DNA of 58,142 nucleotides from Bacteroidales bacterium (GTDB lineage: Bacteria; Bacteroidota; Bacteroidia; Bacteroidales; JAIPAH01), in the NCBI GenBank assembly GCA_021740175.1, contig JAIPAH010000003.1, positions 1-58,142 on the forward strand, given 5' to 3'. Below the pieces are notes generated by a model, which saw only the letters and a program-made list of their open reading frames with translations, had not been told where the DNA came from and did no database searches. A program made the position numbers and the translations under genes. Positions 9,065 through 18,450 of this stretch are shown piece by piece (the stretch's first letter is position 1; each line of letters opens with the position of its first letter).

Positions 9065-10033
9065 ATGACATTTCCAACAACAAGATTAAGAAGACTCAGG
9101 AAAAATCAAGCCATAAGAGACATGGTGGAAGAAACGATATTGCGTCCGGCCGATTTAGTAATGCCACTTTTTGTTTGTCCCGGCACAGGAGTGAAGAATC
9201 CGATTAAATCAATGCCCGGAAACTTCCAGCTTTCAGTCGACATGATAGTTGATACCTGTGAGGAGCTTTATGCAAAAGGGGTGAAAGCGATTTTATTGTT
9301 TGGTATACCTGAAGAAAAAGACGAACATGGTTTGGTAGCCACTCATGATGATGCCATTGTGCAAAGGGCTATTAAAGCCATAAAAAAGCAAGTCCCCGAT
9401 CTTTTTATTATTGCTGATGTATGTAACTGTGAATATACTACTCACGGCCATTGTGGCACCATAGTCGATAATGACGTGCACAATGACTTGACGCTTGAGA
9501 CCTTATCAAAACAGGCTGTTTCATTTGCCAGAGTCGGAGCTGATATGGTGGCCCCCAGTGATATGATGGACGGAAGAGTGAAGCACATGCGCGAAGCTCT
9601 TGACGAAGCTGATTTTTATAATATGCCCATTATGTCCTATTCTGCAAAATATTCCTCTGCCTTTTATGGTCCGTTCAGGGATGCCGCCGAAAGCGCGCCA
9701 AAGTTTGGCAACCGCGCCTCTTATCAAATGAATCCATCCAATTCAGATGAAGCCCTTCGGGAGATAGATCTGGATATTAAAGAAGGAGCCGATATAGTAA
9801 TGGTAAAACCTGCTATGAGCTATTTGGATGTCATCCGTCGCACAAAAGATAATTTCAATATACCGGTAGCGGCTTATAATGTGAGCGGGGAATTTTCAAT
9901 GGTAAAAGCAGCCGCTGAAAAAGGATGGATTGATGAAGAAAGATTAGTCAAGGAACTGTTGACCTCAATAAAAAGAGCGGGGGCAGATATTATTATTACT
10001 TATCACACGCAAGAAATAATTAGTAAACTATAA
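9065..10033 (+). CDS. hemB: Porphobilinogen synthase (ALA dehydratase), Zn-type
   Basis: [14 protein letters not shown] Cys triad, [18 protein letters not shown]. Confidence 0.97.
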   Translation: MTFPTTRLRRLRKNQAIRDMVEETILRPADLVMPLFVCPGTGVKNPIKSMPGNFQLSVDMIVDTCEELYAKGVKAILLFGIPEEKDEHGLVATHDDAIVQRAIKAIKKQVPDLFIIADVCNCEYTTHGHCGTIVDNDVHNDLTLETLSKQAVSFARVGADMVAPSDMMDGRVKHMREALDEADFYNMPIMSYSAKYSSAFYGPFRDAAESAPKFGNRASYQMNPSNSDEALREIDLDIKEGADIVMVKPAMSYLDVIRRTKDNFNIPVAAYNVSGEFSMVKAAAEKGWIDEERLVKELLTSIKRAGADIIITYHTQEIISKL

Positions 10034-10046
10034 AAATTGGAATAGA

Positions 10047-11336
10047 ATGAATTTTAATCGCTCAATAAGTGAATTTAAAAAAGCAGAAAAAGTTATTCCC
10101 GGCGGTGTAAATTCACCGGCAAGGGCCTTTAAAAGTGTTGACTTAAGTCCGCTTTGCATTAGTCACGGAAAAGGTTCGCGAATATTTGATATAGATGAAA
10201 ACGAATATATCGACTATGTGGGTTCGTGGGGACCCCTTATTTTAGGTCATGCCTATCCAAAAGTAGTTGATGCTGTGAAAGAGGCTGCCGGACGGGGGAC
10301 GAGCTATGGTGCTCCCACCATCATTGAAACCCAGGTGGCCGAATTGATTACCAGGATGATTCCTTCTATTGATATTGTAAGAATGGTTAATTCGGGCACC
10401 GAGGCCACTATGAGTGCTTTACGTCTTGCAAGGGGCTACACTAATCGCGATAAGGTAGTCAAGTTTGAAGGAAATTATCACGGCCATGTCGATAGTTTTT
10501 TGATCAAAGCCGGTTCCGGAGCAATGACCTTAGGTTTGCCCGACAGCCCGGGTGTTACAAAGGGTACGGCCAAAGATACCCTGACTGCCAAATATAACGA
10601 TTTAGCTTCGGTTGAGGAGTTATTCAAAAAGCAGGGCGATGAAATTGCTGCGGTAATTCTTGAGCCTGTTGCAGGAAATATGGGCGTTGTAATCCCTGAC
10701 GAAGATTTTATGAAAGGGCTGAGAGAGCTTACTGAAAAATACGGAGCATTGCTGATATTTGATGAGGTGATGAGCGGATTCCGTGCAGCAAAAGGCGGGG
10801 CACAGGAATATTTTGGAATTACTCCCGATTTAACCGCACTGGGCAAAATAATCGGTGGCGGCTTACCGGTAGGCGCTTTTGGTGGTAAAAAGGAAATTAT
10901 GGAAAAACTGGCTCCTGACGGGGCCATATACCAGGGTGGAACTCTATCGGGAAATCCGCTGGCCATGCATGCAGGGTATGCTATGCTTAGTGAATTAAAC
11001 AATAATCCCGAAATTTACGCTGAACTAGAGCGAAAAACAGCGATGCTAGCCGAGGGTATCAGGAAAAATTTAAAAAAGACCGGGGTGAATGGTGTTGTTA
11101 ATCATATTGGATCCATGATGACTCTATTCTTCACGGATCGGGACCGTGTTAGCTCGTTTGATGATTCAATGAAATCAGACACAAAAAAATATGCAAAATA
11201 TTTTCGTTTAGCTTTGGAAAGCGGGATTTATTTAGCTCCTTCACAATTTGAAGCGGGTTTTGTATCCTACGTCCATTCTGACGAAGATATACAACAAACC
11301 CTCCAAGCAAACCTGAATGCTTTGAAACAATTATAA
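10047..11336 (+). CDS. hemL: Glutamate-1-semialdehyde 2,1-aminomutase
   Basis: [42 protein letters not shown]. Confidence 0.97.
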   Translation: MNFNRSISEFKKAEKVIPGGVNSPARAFKSVDLSPLCISHGKGSRIFDIDENEYIDYVGSWGPLILGHAYPKVVDAVKEAAGRGTSYGAPTIIETQVAELITRMIPSIDIVRMVNSGTEATMSALRLARGYTNRDKVVKFEGNYHGHVDSFLIKAGSGAMTLGLPDSPGVTKGTAKDTLTAKYNDLASVEELFKKQGDEIAAVILEPVAGNMGVVIPDEDFMKGLRELTEKYGALLIFDEVMSGFRAAKGGAQEYFGITPDLTALGKIIGGGLPVGAFGGKKEIMEKLAPDGAIYQGGTLSGNPLAMHAGYAMLSELNNNPEIYAELERKTAMLAEGIRKNLKKTGVNGVVNHIGSMMTLFFTDRDRVSSFDDSMKSDTKKYAKYFRLALESGIYLAPSQFEAGFVSYVHSDEDIQQTLQANLNALKQL

Positions 11337-11346
11337 TTTTTTACTT

Positions 11347-12378
11347 ATGGAATCCCTATTATTAGATACAATTCACGGGAAGCCTCACAGTAGGCCTCCC
11401 GTGTGGTTTATGCGACAAGCCGGCCGGGTGTTGCCTTCCTATCTGGCACTAAAAGAAAAACACACCTTTTGGCAAATGATGCGTGATCCTGAATTGGCCT
11501 CCGATGTTACACTGCTGCCGGTTTATGATTTAGGGGTAGATGCCGCTATTTTATTCTCTGATATTCTTGTTATACCTTATGCGATGGGTATGGGTTTGGA
11601 TTTCACGGATAAAGGACCTGTATTTGAGCAACCGCTTAAAAATCGAGAGGCTGCGGATATAAAGCTAAATCCTGACGCCGGTAAGCTGGATTATATTTAT
11701 AAGGCCATTGATGCCACTAACAGCAAACGTCCCGAAAATATTCCCTTAATTGGGTTTTGTGGAGGGCCGCTCACAGTGCTTTGCTACATGATTGAAGGGC
11801 TTGGTACGCATCAGGCTTTTCCGAATGCCGTGAAATTTATTTACAAAAATAAGGAGCAAACAAAAAAGTTGATAGAAACGATTACTGATCTGTCAATTGA
11901 ATATCTGAAACAAAAGGCAGCTCATAAGATTGATGTCTTCCAGCTTTTTGAAACACATGCCGGCCTGGTGCCTTCAGAGCTGTATAATGAACTTTTTATG
12001 CCCTCAGTGAAGAAAATGGCACGCGTTGCCGGAGAGCAGAAGATCCCATTTATTTTCTTCCCCAAAGGATTAAGTACCGGACTAAAGGAACTTACTCCCG
12101 AGCACTGCGATTTTGTGAGTATCGACTGGCAGATTGATCTTGCTGAAGCCAGAAAAATGGTGCATCCTGATATTGGCCTTCAGGGTAATTTAGACCCCCG
12201 GTTGCTTTTTGCTGACCAAAAATCAATTCAAAGGACCCTGGAAAAGTATCTTGATTTTGGAAGTAAGCATTCAAAATGGATCTTTAACCTTGGCCATGGT
12301 TTCATGCCCGGCATTCCTTATGAAAACGCAGAGTTTTTGACTAATTGGGTAAAAAATGCCGATTGGAATATTCAGTAA
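11347..12378 (+). CDS. hemE: Uroporphyrinogen decarboxylase
   Basis: PPVWFMRQAGR, AAILFSDIL, LQGNLDP, IFNLGHG. Confidence 0.96.
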   Translation: MESLLLDTIHGKPHSRPPVWFMRQAGRVLPSYLALKEKHTFWQMMRDPELASDVTLLPVYDLGVDAAILFSDILVIPYAMGMGLDFTDKGPVFEQPLKNREAADIKLNPDAGKLDYIYKAIDATNSKRPENIPLIGFCGGPLTVLCYMIEGLGTHQAFPNAVKFIYKNKEQTKKLIETITDLSIEYLKQKAAHKIDVFQLFETHAGLVPSELYNELFMPSVKKMARVAGEQKIPFIFFPKGLSTGLKELTPEHCDFVSIDWQIDLAEARKMVHPDIGLQGNLDPRLLFADQKSIQRTLEKYLDFGSKHSKWIFNLGHGFMPGIPYENAEFLTNWVKNADWNIQ

Positions 12379-12451
12379 AAATAGAGATGGTAGATAAGTA
12401 AAACATTAAAATTGCATAATTTAGATCCTTTTAATTAACCGGAAAATAGAA

Positions 12452-12895
12452 ATGCAGCAGTTTTATCACTTTTTCATTAGTTTTCATGTCGTATTTAGCG
12501 TGGTGTTCTTGCTTACTGCCATCTTTATCACTGCATATTCCTTAAGAGGCTGGATAAAAAACAAGCCTTACGACAGGTTCGAAAAGAACTTACGGAATAC
12601 TTTTCTGATACTTTTATATGCTGATCTGGTTTTGGGAATCATTTTATATTTTTTCATGCAAAAACCAACGGAGGCTACCACCGCTGAAGAAGCTATGGAA
12701 TATGCTTATTTTCGTTTTTGGGCCATCCAGCACTTTGCCCACATGGTGTTTATTGTAATAATATGTACCATCGGTAATTTGTTTATAAAGAAAACCTCAA
12801 AACCTGTGAAGAAGCACAAATACTCATTTTTGTATTTCGGTGTATCAACCGGTCTTATTCTTATCACTATGGGGATGTTTTTACTTCGAAAATAA
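12452..12895 (+). CDS. Small four-TM membrane protein with His residues (Bacteroidota 'cytochrome b'-annotated family, tentative)
   Basis: Four hydrophobic segments, a His in TM1 (SFHVV) and RFWAIQHFAHMV before TM3; co-oriented after hemE. Confidence 0.6.
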   Translation: MQQFYHFFISFHVVFSVVFLLTAIFITAYSLRGWIKNKPYDRFEKNLRNTFLILLYADLVLGIILYFFMQKPTEATTAEEAMEYAYFRFWAIQHFAHMVFIVIICTIGNLFIKKTSKPVKKHKYSFLYFGVSTGLILITMGMFLLRK

Positions 12896-13004
12896 AGAAT
12901 TTATCTGAAAAGTTGGGCTGTACTACTGCTTTTAAACCGGGAGGTTGGATAAAAAGATACCCCGTCCATGCCGACGCAACTAATTTTAAGAAGTTCCCAT
13001 TCCA

Positions 13005-13889
13005 TTACTTCTTTTCCGGAAAGCTATAGCTTATACCGAATCCAAACACCTCTTTAAATTGTAATTTGGGAGCCATTGTCCCATCTTCCTGTTCGATTTT
13101 TGTATCATGGTCATATACCAACCGGGTATGCAGATTGGCTGAGAAATATTGATTGGCTTTCATATTAAGTACGAAATCCCAGTCAACATCAATGTTTTCG
13201 GGTTGATTGTTATATCCGCTGAACAAATCCACCTTTGTTTGCAGGTTTACATTTTCCATAATGGTGGTACTATATACCATCTTCACATAACCCCCATACT
13301 CATTTAAAAATTTGTCTCCGGGCTCCACGCCGAAAGCACCGGCATCTGATAATGAGTCATTGAATACGGTAGTGGTTTTTCCTGTAATGGGAGAGAGAAA
13401 AATACTAAGATTTTCTACAGGTTTATAGTCCATACCCATTGAAAGTATGAAATACCCCGGAGCCATAAAGTCTGAAATGGTTTCCCTAGGGCCATCGGCC
13501 GGATAACGGTAACCTTTTGTAAACTGGCTCTTGAAATTAAAAAGGGCGCTATAATTCCAATATTCCCCTAAATCGTGGCCATATTTTGTCTGAAAATCAA
13601 TTTCGTCGGTAGATTTTTTCAGTTTATCATCGATAATTTTCACAAATCCATAACCCATGGTTAAGTTATTCTCCCAACTACTTTTATTTTTTTTATAATT
13701 CGCATAAAATTTAAAAAGCGCATTGGCCGAGTAGGAATCTTCTCCGCCGGCCGCCCAATTGGTTAATGAAGTTTGTGAAAAAGTAATATCACCGCTGGTT
13801 CCTGTTTCCCAATATTTTGTGGTATCTTCTTGAGCCTGTAAACCAGTTAAAGCAAACAATAGGGTTGCTAAAATTAAAATCTGTTTCAT
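13005..13889 (-). CDS. DUF3078-like outer-membrane beta-barrel protein (true start probably 13889)
   Basis: Signal peptide MKQILILATLLFALTGLQAQ, then FSQTSLTNWAAGGE, NFKSQF, DFMAPGY and terminal LQFKEVFGFGISYSF. Confidence 0.85.
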   Translation of the reverse strand: MKQILILATLLFALTGLQAQEDTTKYWETGTSGDITFSQTSLTNWAAGGEDSYSANALFKFYANYKKNKSSWENNLTMGYGFVKIIDDKLKKSTDEIDFQTKYGHDLGEYWNYSALFNFKSQFTKGYRYPADGPRETISDFMAPGYFILSMGMDYKPVENLSIFLSPITGKTTTVFNDSLSDAGAFGVEPGDKFLNEYGGYVKMVYSTTIMENVNLQTKVDLFSGYNNQPENIDVDWDFVLNMKANQYFSANLHTRLVYDHDTKIEQEDGTMAPKLQFKEVFGFGISYSFPEKK

Positions 13890-13890
13890 T

Positions 13891-14135
13891 TTATTCGTTT
13901 TTATATAAATGTACATCGGTAAAAGTATTTTGAGCGTTATGCTAATAAGGCTTTTGAGGAAGGACTGAAGCGAATGATCCAGGTCTTTTTTTTCCATCTT
14001 TCGCCTCACCACCTTACTTATCCATTTGATAATCCGGAAACCTATGATGAGAATTATAATGCCGATTATGATTCTCATGCCATAATCGATCGCCAGGTTA
14101 TAAAATTGTTGCAATTGTTCACCGTTAAATTCCAT
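13891..14135 (-). pseudogene. mscS: Small-conductance mechanosensitive channel with an internal deletion
   Basis: The first ~72 codons are an MscS N-terminus (YGMRIIIGIIILIIGFRII...DHSLQSFLKSLISITLKILL). Immediately after, a different frame reads TDVHLYKNE* (stop at 13891-13893), a typical MscS C-terminus. Confidence 0.8.
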
Positions 14136-14178
14136 AGTTTTAGTTTTGCGTTTGACTTAATGGAAACAAACTTTTGCT

Positions 14179-14637
14179 TTATCCGTTCAATTTCTTTTTG
14201 GAAATATTCTCGAGCAGTTGATTCAGCTGTAATTCGGAAATTTTTTTGGGCAACACATTATCCATCCCTGCTTCCAGGCAATTAGTGTGATAAGAACTAT
14301 CATAAAGGGTGGTAAAACCAACTATGTAAGGCCGTTCTCCATTGACGGCTTTGATTTTTTTCGTTGCTTCTAATCCATCCATTACGGGCATTTCGATATC
14401 CATAAAAACAATATCATAATGCTTTGCTGCAATCATGGAGAGGGATTCATGCCCATTGCCAGCCACATCAGCGATGATGCCTAATTTTTTGAGCCGGCTT
14501 GACAGTATAGATTGGTTGATTTTTTCATCATCCACTACAAGAACTTTAAGTCCCGATTGACCCGGATGGGAAAATGATTTCAGGCGATTCGCTCTTAATG
14601 CGGCTAATTTCTGCTGTATTTTTTTAAACCGATTCAA
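14179..14637 (-). CDS. Stand-alone receiver-domain response regulator (hybrid-kinase-type REC)
   Basis: VLVVDDEKIN, DIVFMDIEMPVMDGLEAT, AGMDNVLPK. The TTG start is uncertain. Confidence 0.85.
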   Translation of the reverse strand: MNRFKKIQQKLAALRANRLKSFSHPGQSGLKVLVVDDEKINQSILSSRLKKLGIIADVAGNGHESLSMIAAKHYDIVFMDIEMPVMDGLEATKKIKAVNGERPYIVGFTTLYDSSYHTNCLEAGMDNVLPKKISELQLNQLLENISKKKLNG

Positions 14638-14710
14638 TATTCCGTAGCTTTGACCTGTAGTTTGGATTAAATTTATAAAAATAATCCGTCCATGGAATGA
14701 AACCTGGAAA

Positions 14711-14718
14711 TATATTTG
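14711..14718 (+). promoter_or_regulatory. -7 promoter element for the S9 peptidase
   Basis: TATATTTG about 40 nt upstream of the ATG. Confidence 0.5.
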
Positions 14719-14756
14719 TTCACAAATCTATATAAAACATAAAAAATGAAATTATT

Positions 14757-16775
14757 ATGAGATTAAAAATTTTTGCACTAATTACCTTGATGAGTTTTGT
14801 TTCGATATTACAAGCTCAGGAAAGTGTATTAACGGCTGAAAAACTTTGGAAACTCGGACGCGTTAGCGATGTGAATGTCTCTCCTGATGGGAGTAAAGTT
14901 CTTTATGGTGTCACGCGCTATGATTTGGACAAAAACTCGGGAGATCGCGATCTCTATGTTTTGGATGAGGCTGCTGAATCACCCCGGCAGGTTACGGATT
15001 TCAAGGGTAGTGAATACAACGGAATCTGGCGACCTGACGGAAAGAAGATCGGTTTTATAGCCACGAAAGGAGATTCACCCCAAATTTGGGAGATGAATCC
15101 GGATGGTACGGAGAAGGAAAAAATCACCCATATAGAAGGAGGTGTTACCGGGTTTTCCTATGCTCCATCTATGGAGCGTATCCTTTTTACCCAAAAGGTG
15201 AAACTTGATAAATCTCCCCAGGATATCCACCCGGATTTGCCGGAAGCCAATGTGCATATCGCCAATGATCTGATGTATCGACACTGGGATGAGTGGCATG
15301 ATTACAAATACAATCACATTTTTGTAGCCCCTTATAATAATGGTGAAATAGGGGAGAGCACCGACATTATGAAAGGCGAGCGGTATGATGCGCCCAAGGG
15401 CGGTAGTAAAGAGATTGATTGGAGCCCGGATGGAGCGCAAATAGCCTACAACTGCAAAAAATTGACCGGGAAAGAATTTTCTCTCAGTACAAATTCCGAA
15501 ATATATCTGTATGACCTGGAGACGGAAGAGACAAGTAATCTCACTGAAAACCGCTTTAAAGGATATGATAAAGAGCCTACTTTTTCGCCCGATGGCTCCA
15601 AACTGGTTTGGTGGAGTATGGAGACACCGGGATTTGAGTCGGATAAGCAACGGATAATGCTCTATGACTTCAATGCGGATGGATATCGAGATTTAAGCAA
15701 AGGCTTTGACCAGAGCAGTTCTGATTTTCACTGGAACAAAGAGGGCGATAAGATTTATTTCATTAGCGGTACGGAAGCTACTTACCAAATTTATCATTAT
15801 GACCGCGATGAAGAAGCTATCCATCAAATCACGGAAGGAAAGCACAACTACCAGGAAATTCAGACTGCAGGTGATCACCTGGTGGCTTCACGCATGACTA
15901 TGGCTATGCCTACGGAGATTTATAAGGTGGATAGGAATGGAAAAGCTTCCCAACTTACCTTTACCAATAAAAAGCTGCTCGATAAAATACAAATGGGACG
16001 CGTCAAGGGACGTTGGATAGAGACTACCGATGGCAAGCAAATGCTCACATGGATTATTTATCCGCCGAACTTTGACCCTAACAAAAAATATCCTACGTTA
16101 CTCTATGCCCAGGGTGGCCCTCAAAGTGCTGTAAGCCAGTTTTTCTCCTATCGCTGGAATTTCCAGATGATGGCGGCTCATGATTACATCGTGGTAGCCC
16201 CGAACCGCCGTGGTCTTCCTACCTTCGGTCAGGAGTGGAATGACCAGATTAGTGGTGATTATGGCGGAAAAAACATAAAAGATTATTATGCAGCAATTGA
16301 TACCATGGCGAAAGAGAAATATGTAGATGAGGAAAACCTCGGTGCAGTGGGAGCCAGTTACGGTGGTTATTCAGTTTTCTATATGGCCGGGGACCACAAC
16401 GGGCGTTTCGACACCTTTATCTCCCATTGCGGAATGTATAACTTCGAAAGCTGGTATGGCAGCACGGAAGAATACTGGTTCCCTAATCAGGATATCGAAG
16501 GACCGTTCTGGCAGGATCCCAAACCGGAAAGCTATGAGTTTTCCCCGCATAAGTCCGTACAGAAATGGGATACCCCGATTATGATGATTACAGGAGGCAA
16601 AGATTTTCGCATTCCCTACACGCAAAGCCTGGAAGCGTTTAATGCTGCTCAGCTCCTTGGTGTTCCCAGCCGTTTGCTTTATTTCCCGGAAGAAAGCCAT
16701 TTTGTGCTGCAGCCCCAGAATGCGGTACTTTGGCAGCGTGAGTTCTTTAAGTGGCTGGATAAGTGGTTGAAATAA
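14757..16775 (+). CDS. S9-family serine peptidase (dipeptidyl peptidase 5-like), secreted
   Basis: Signal peptide, PD40/beta-propeller repeats, QGGPQ, GASYGG nucleophile, DFRIP, EESHFV. Confidence 0.93.
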   Translation: MRLKIFALITLMSFVSILQAQESVLTAEKLWKLGRVSDVNVSPDGSKVLYGVTRYDLDKNSGDRDLYVLDEAAESPRQVTDFKGSEYNGIWRPDGKKIGFIATKGDSPQIWEMNPDGTEKEKITHIEGGVTGFSYAPSMERILFTQKVKLDKSPQDIHPDLPEANVHIANDLMYRHWDEWHDYKYNHIFVAPYNNGEIGESTDIMKGERYDAPKGGSKEIDWSPDGAQIAYNCKKLTGKEFSLSTNSEIYLYDLETEETSNLTENRFKGYDKEPTFSPDGSKLVWWSMETPGFESDKQRIMLYDFNADGYRDLSKGFDQSSSDFHWNKEGDKIYFISGTEATYQIYHYDRDEEAIHQITEGKHNYQEIQTAGDHLVASRMTMAMPTEIYKVDRNGKASQLTFTNKKLLDKIQMGRVKGRWIETTDGKQMLTWIIYPPNFDPNKKYPTLLYAQGGPQSAVSQFFSYRWNFQMMAAHDYIVVAPNRRGLPTFGQEWNDQISGDYGGKNIKDYYAAIDTMAKEKYVDEENLGAVGASYGGYSVFYMAGDHNGRFDTFISHCGMYNFESWYGSTEEYWFPNQDIEGPFWQDPKPESYEFSPHKSVQKWDTPIMMITGGKDFRIPYTQSLEAFNAAQLLGVPSRLLYFPEESHFVLQPQNAVLWQREFFKWLDKWLK

Positions 16776-16866
16776 AAAGAAGTATTCAAACGGCTTGAAT
16801 AGAGTGTTTAGGGATGTATGATCAAAGTTTGTCTATAAACTTTCCATCCTTCACACACCATTCTAA

Positions 16867-17162
16867 GGGGCCATCCAAAAAGCTCTATAATAGGATATTC
16901 AGCAACTTTTGCCCTTAAATTCCCTGAGGGGAAATTGCTGAATATCATTGAGTTTCGTTTTTTTATTGGACTTTATCAAGTTACTTTAACGGTAAATATT
17001 AACCTTTTTGGTAATTAGTTAGCTGGCATAAAAAATCTGTGAAAATCAGTTCAATCTGTGTCATCAGTGTTCTATTGTTTTTCAATAATGGCACACTGAT
17101 TTAACTGAGGATACTGATTCACACTGATCAAGACCTAAATAATTACCCTTTTTGTACGGATT
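16867..17162. mobile_element. Middle degenerate MITE-like element of the same family as 2318-2463
   Basis: Left end GGGGCCATCCAAAAAG. Inverted repeat GATATTCAGCAA (16894-16905) / TTGCTGAATATC (16935-16946) encloses CCCTTAAATTCCCTGAGGGGAAATT. The right end CTTTTTG is split by the inner insertion. Confidence 0.45.
17010..17147. mobile_element. 138-bp inner MITE with 13-bp TIR and 6-bp target-site duplication CTTTTT
   Basis: GGTAATTAGTTAG (17010-17022) / CTAAATAATTACC (17135-17147), one mismatch. CTTTTT at 17004-17009 and 17148-17153. The interior consists of inverted ATCWGTG / CACTGAT-type repeats. Confidence 0.75.
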
Positions 17163-17287
17163 CGATCCCCAACGTGCTGCAAGCGAGGATGTCCCCTTCA
17201 GGGGACAATAGGGGTGTGCGGAGGAAGTGGTAAAATTTTGACTTTATAGACAAGTACTAATAATTGCCACTAATACTCGAATGAAAG

Positions 17288-17400
17288 AAGGCGAAGCAAA
17301 GACGCTTCGCCTTACGTTTAGGCCGTAGAATCAACGTTAGAGAGGTTGGTCAAAACGAAGACGTTTTGACCCGGAATTCTTGCAGCCTCTGGCTGCCAAG
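17288..17400. repeat. Cluster of three REP-like hairpins; related copy at 58069-58142
   Basis: AAGGCGAAGC-6-GCTTCGCCTT, GGTCAAAACG-4-CGTTTTGACC, GCAGCC-TCT-GGCTGC. Confidence 0.65.
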
Positions 17401-17510
17401 GTGATACCGTGAGGGATCTGATGGATATTTGGCTGAATGTACCGTACGTTTACGGACGGGAATCTCATTGTTTTCATTACATTATTTCAGGTAGTCTCCA
17501 GGTTAATATC

Positions 17511-18422
17511 TCAAAAATCATTTTTCCCATCTCCTTCCAAATACCATTCCCGCAATGCATCCCCTATAGCCTCAGGCTGATCTTCCTGGATAAAGTGCAA
17601 CCCTTCACCGATGTATTTGGTTTGAAGATTTCTAATGTGTTTTTGGCAATATTTTACCGTTTTTTTATTAATGATGATGCCGGGGTGGGAATGGATTAAA
17701 AGCTTTGGACAGTCCGATATACAAAAGCTTTCACAATATCTTCTTATGATACGGTACATTCTTGTGGGTTTATGATTTATGGGGACTTCTCTGGGCCAAA
17801 TAAGCATTGGTTTTCGGTTACGGATTTTTCTGAAAGGTGCTTTATAAACTTGTTTTTCCTCTTTTGTCAATCGGCGTAAAATGAGTCTCGGCATTATAAA
17901 ATTTATGAAGGCATTCATGAGATAAATCATTAGCTCTCCAACTAAAGGTGTTCTCAAAAGCCGGAATCCCCAACGGTGGGACCATTTCATAGATTTCCAA
18001 CGCCAGGATTTTACAAAAGCTTCCATGAAAGCGACCTTTTTGATTTTCTCCGGGTGATAGTGCATATATTGAAACCCCAGGGCTGAGCCCCAATCATGCA
18101 TCACCAGCGTGATGTTTTCCAGTTCGAGGGCTTCGATAAAAGCCTCTATGTACCTGTAATGCTCTTCAAACCGGTAAGTGCCGTTAGGTTTCCCGGATTT
18201 TCCCATGCCTATTAAATCGGGGACAATGCAACGGGCATACGGGGTGAGATAGGGGAAAATATTTCGCCATAAATATCCGCTGGTAGGATTCCCATGCAGG
18301 AACACTACGGGGTCGCCTTCCCCTTCATCCAGGTAATGGATATAGGAATTTTTTACATCTTTGTAATGACTTCTCCAGGAAAGATTTTGGGTGCTGATAG
18401 ATGTTTCTCTTTGATTGGGCAT
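17511..18422 (-). CDS. Haloalkane dehalogenase family alpha/beta hydrolase (DhaA/LinB/Renilla-luciferase type)
   Basis: FLHGNPTSGYLWRN, PDLIGMGKS, MHDWGSALG (Asp nucleophile plus Trp), FMEA, GLHFIQED. Confidence 0.9.
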   Translation of the reverse strand: MPNQRETSISTQNLSWRSHYKDVKNSYIHYLDEGEGDPVVFLHGNPTSGYLWRNIFPYLTPYARCIVPDLIGMGKSGKPNGTYRFEEHYRYIEAFIEALELENITLVMHDWGSALGFQYMHYHPEKIKKVAFMEAFVKSWRWKSMKWSHRWGFRLLRTPLVGELMIYLMNAFINFIMPRLILRRLTKEEKQVYKAPFRKIRNRKPMLIWPREVPINHKPTRMYRIIRRYCESFCISDCPKLLIHSHPGIIINKKTVKYCQKHIRNLQTKYIGEGLHFIQEDQPEAIGDALREWYLEGDGKNDF

Positions 18423-18450
18423 TGGTATAAATTTTACAGGGGTTTAATAT

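Larger units (their letters stand above)
16829..17253. mobile_element. Outer degenerate MITE-like element containing nested elements
   Basis: Inverted repeat TTGTCTATAAA (16829-16839) / TTTATAGACAA (17243-17253), extended by TCCTTCACACACC / GGTGTGCGGAGGA. Carries GTCCCCTTCAGGGGACAATAGGGG (17191-17214), the reverse complement of the REP in the 2318 element. Confidence 0.55.

Noticed and set aside
13005-14135. Single genuine 376-aa membrane-anchored protein
   Set aside because: An internal signal peptide at 13889 and an out-of-frame MscS C-terminus show it is a deletion-derived chimera.
17409-17699. 96-aa plus-strand ORF
   Set aside because: Mostly antisense to the dehalogenase and starts in repeat-rich DNA.
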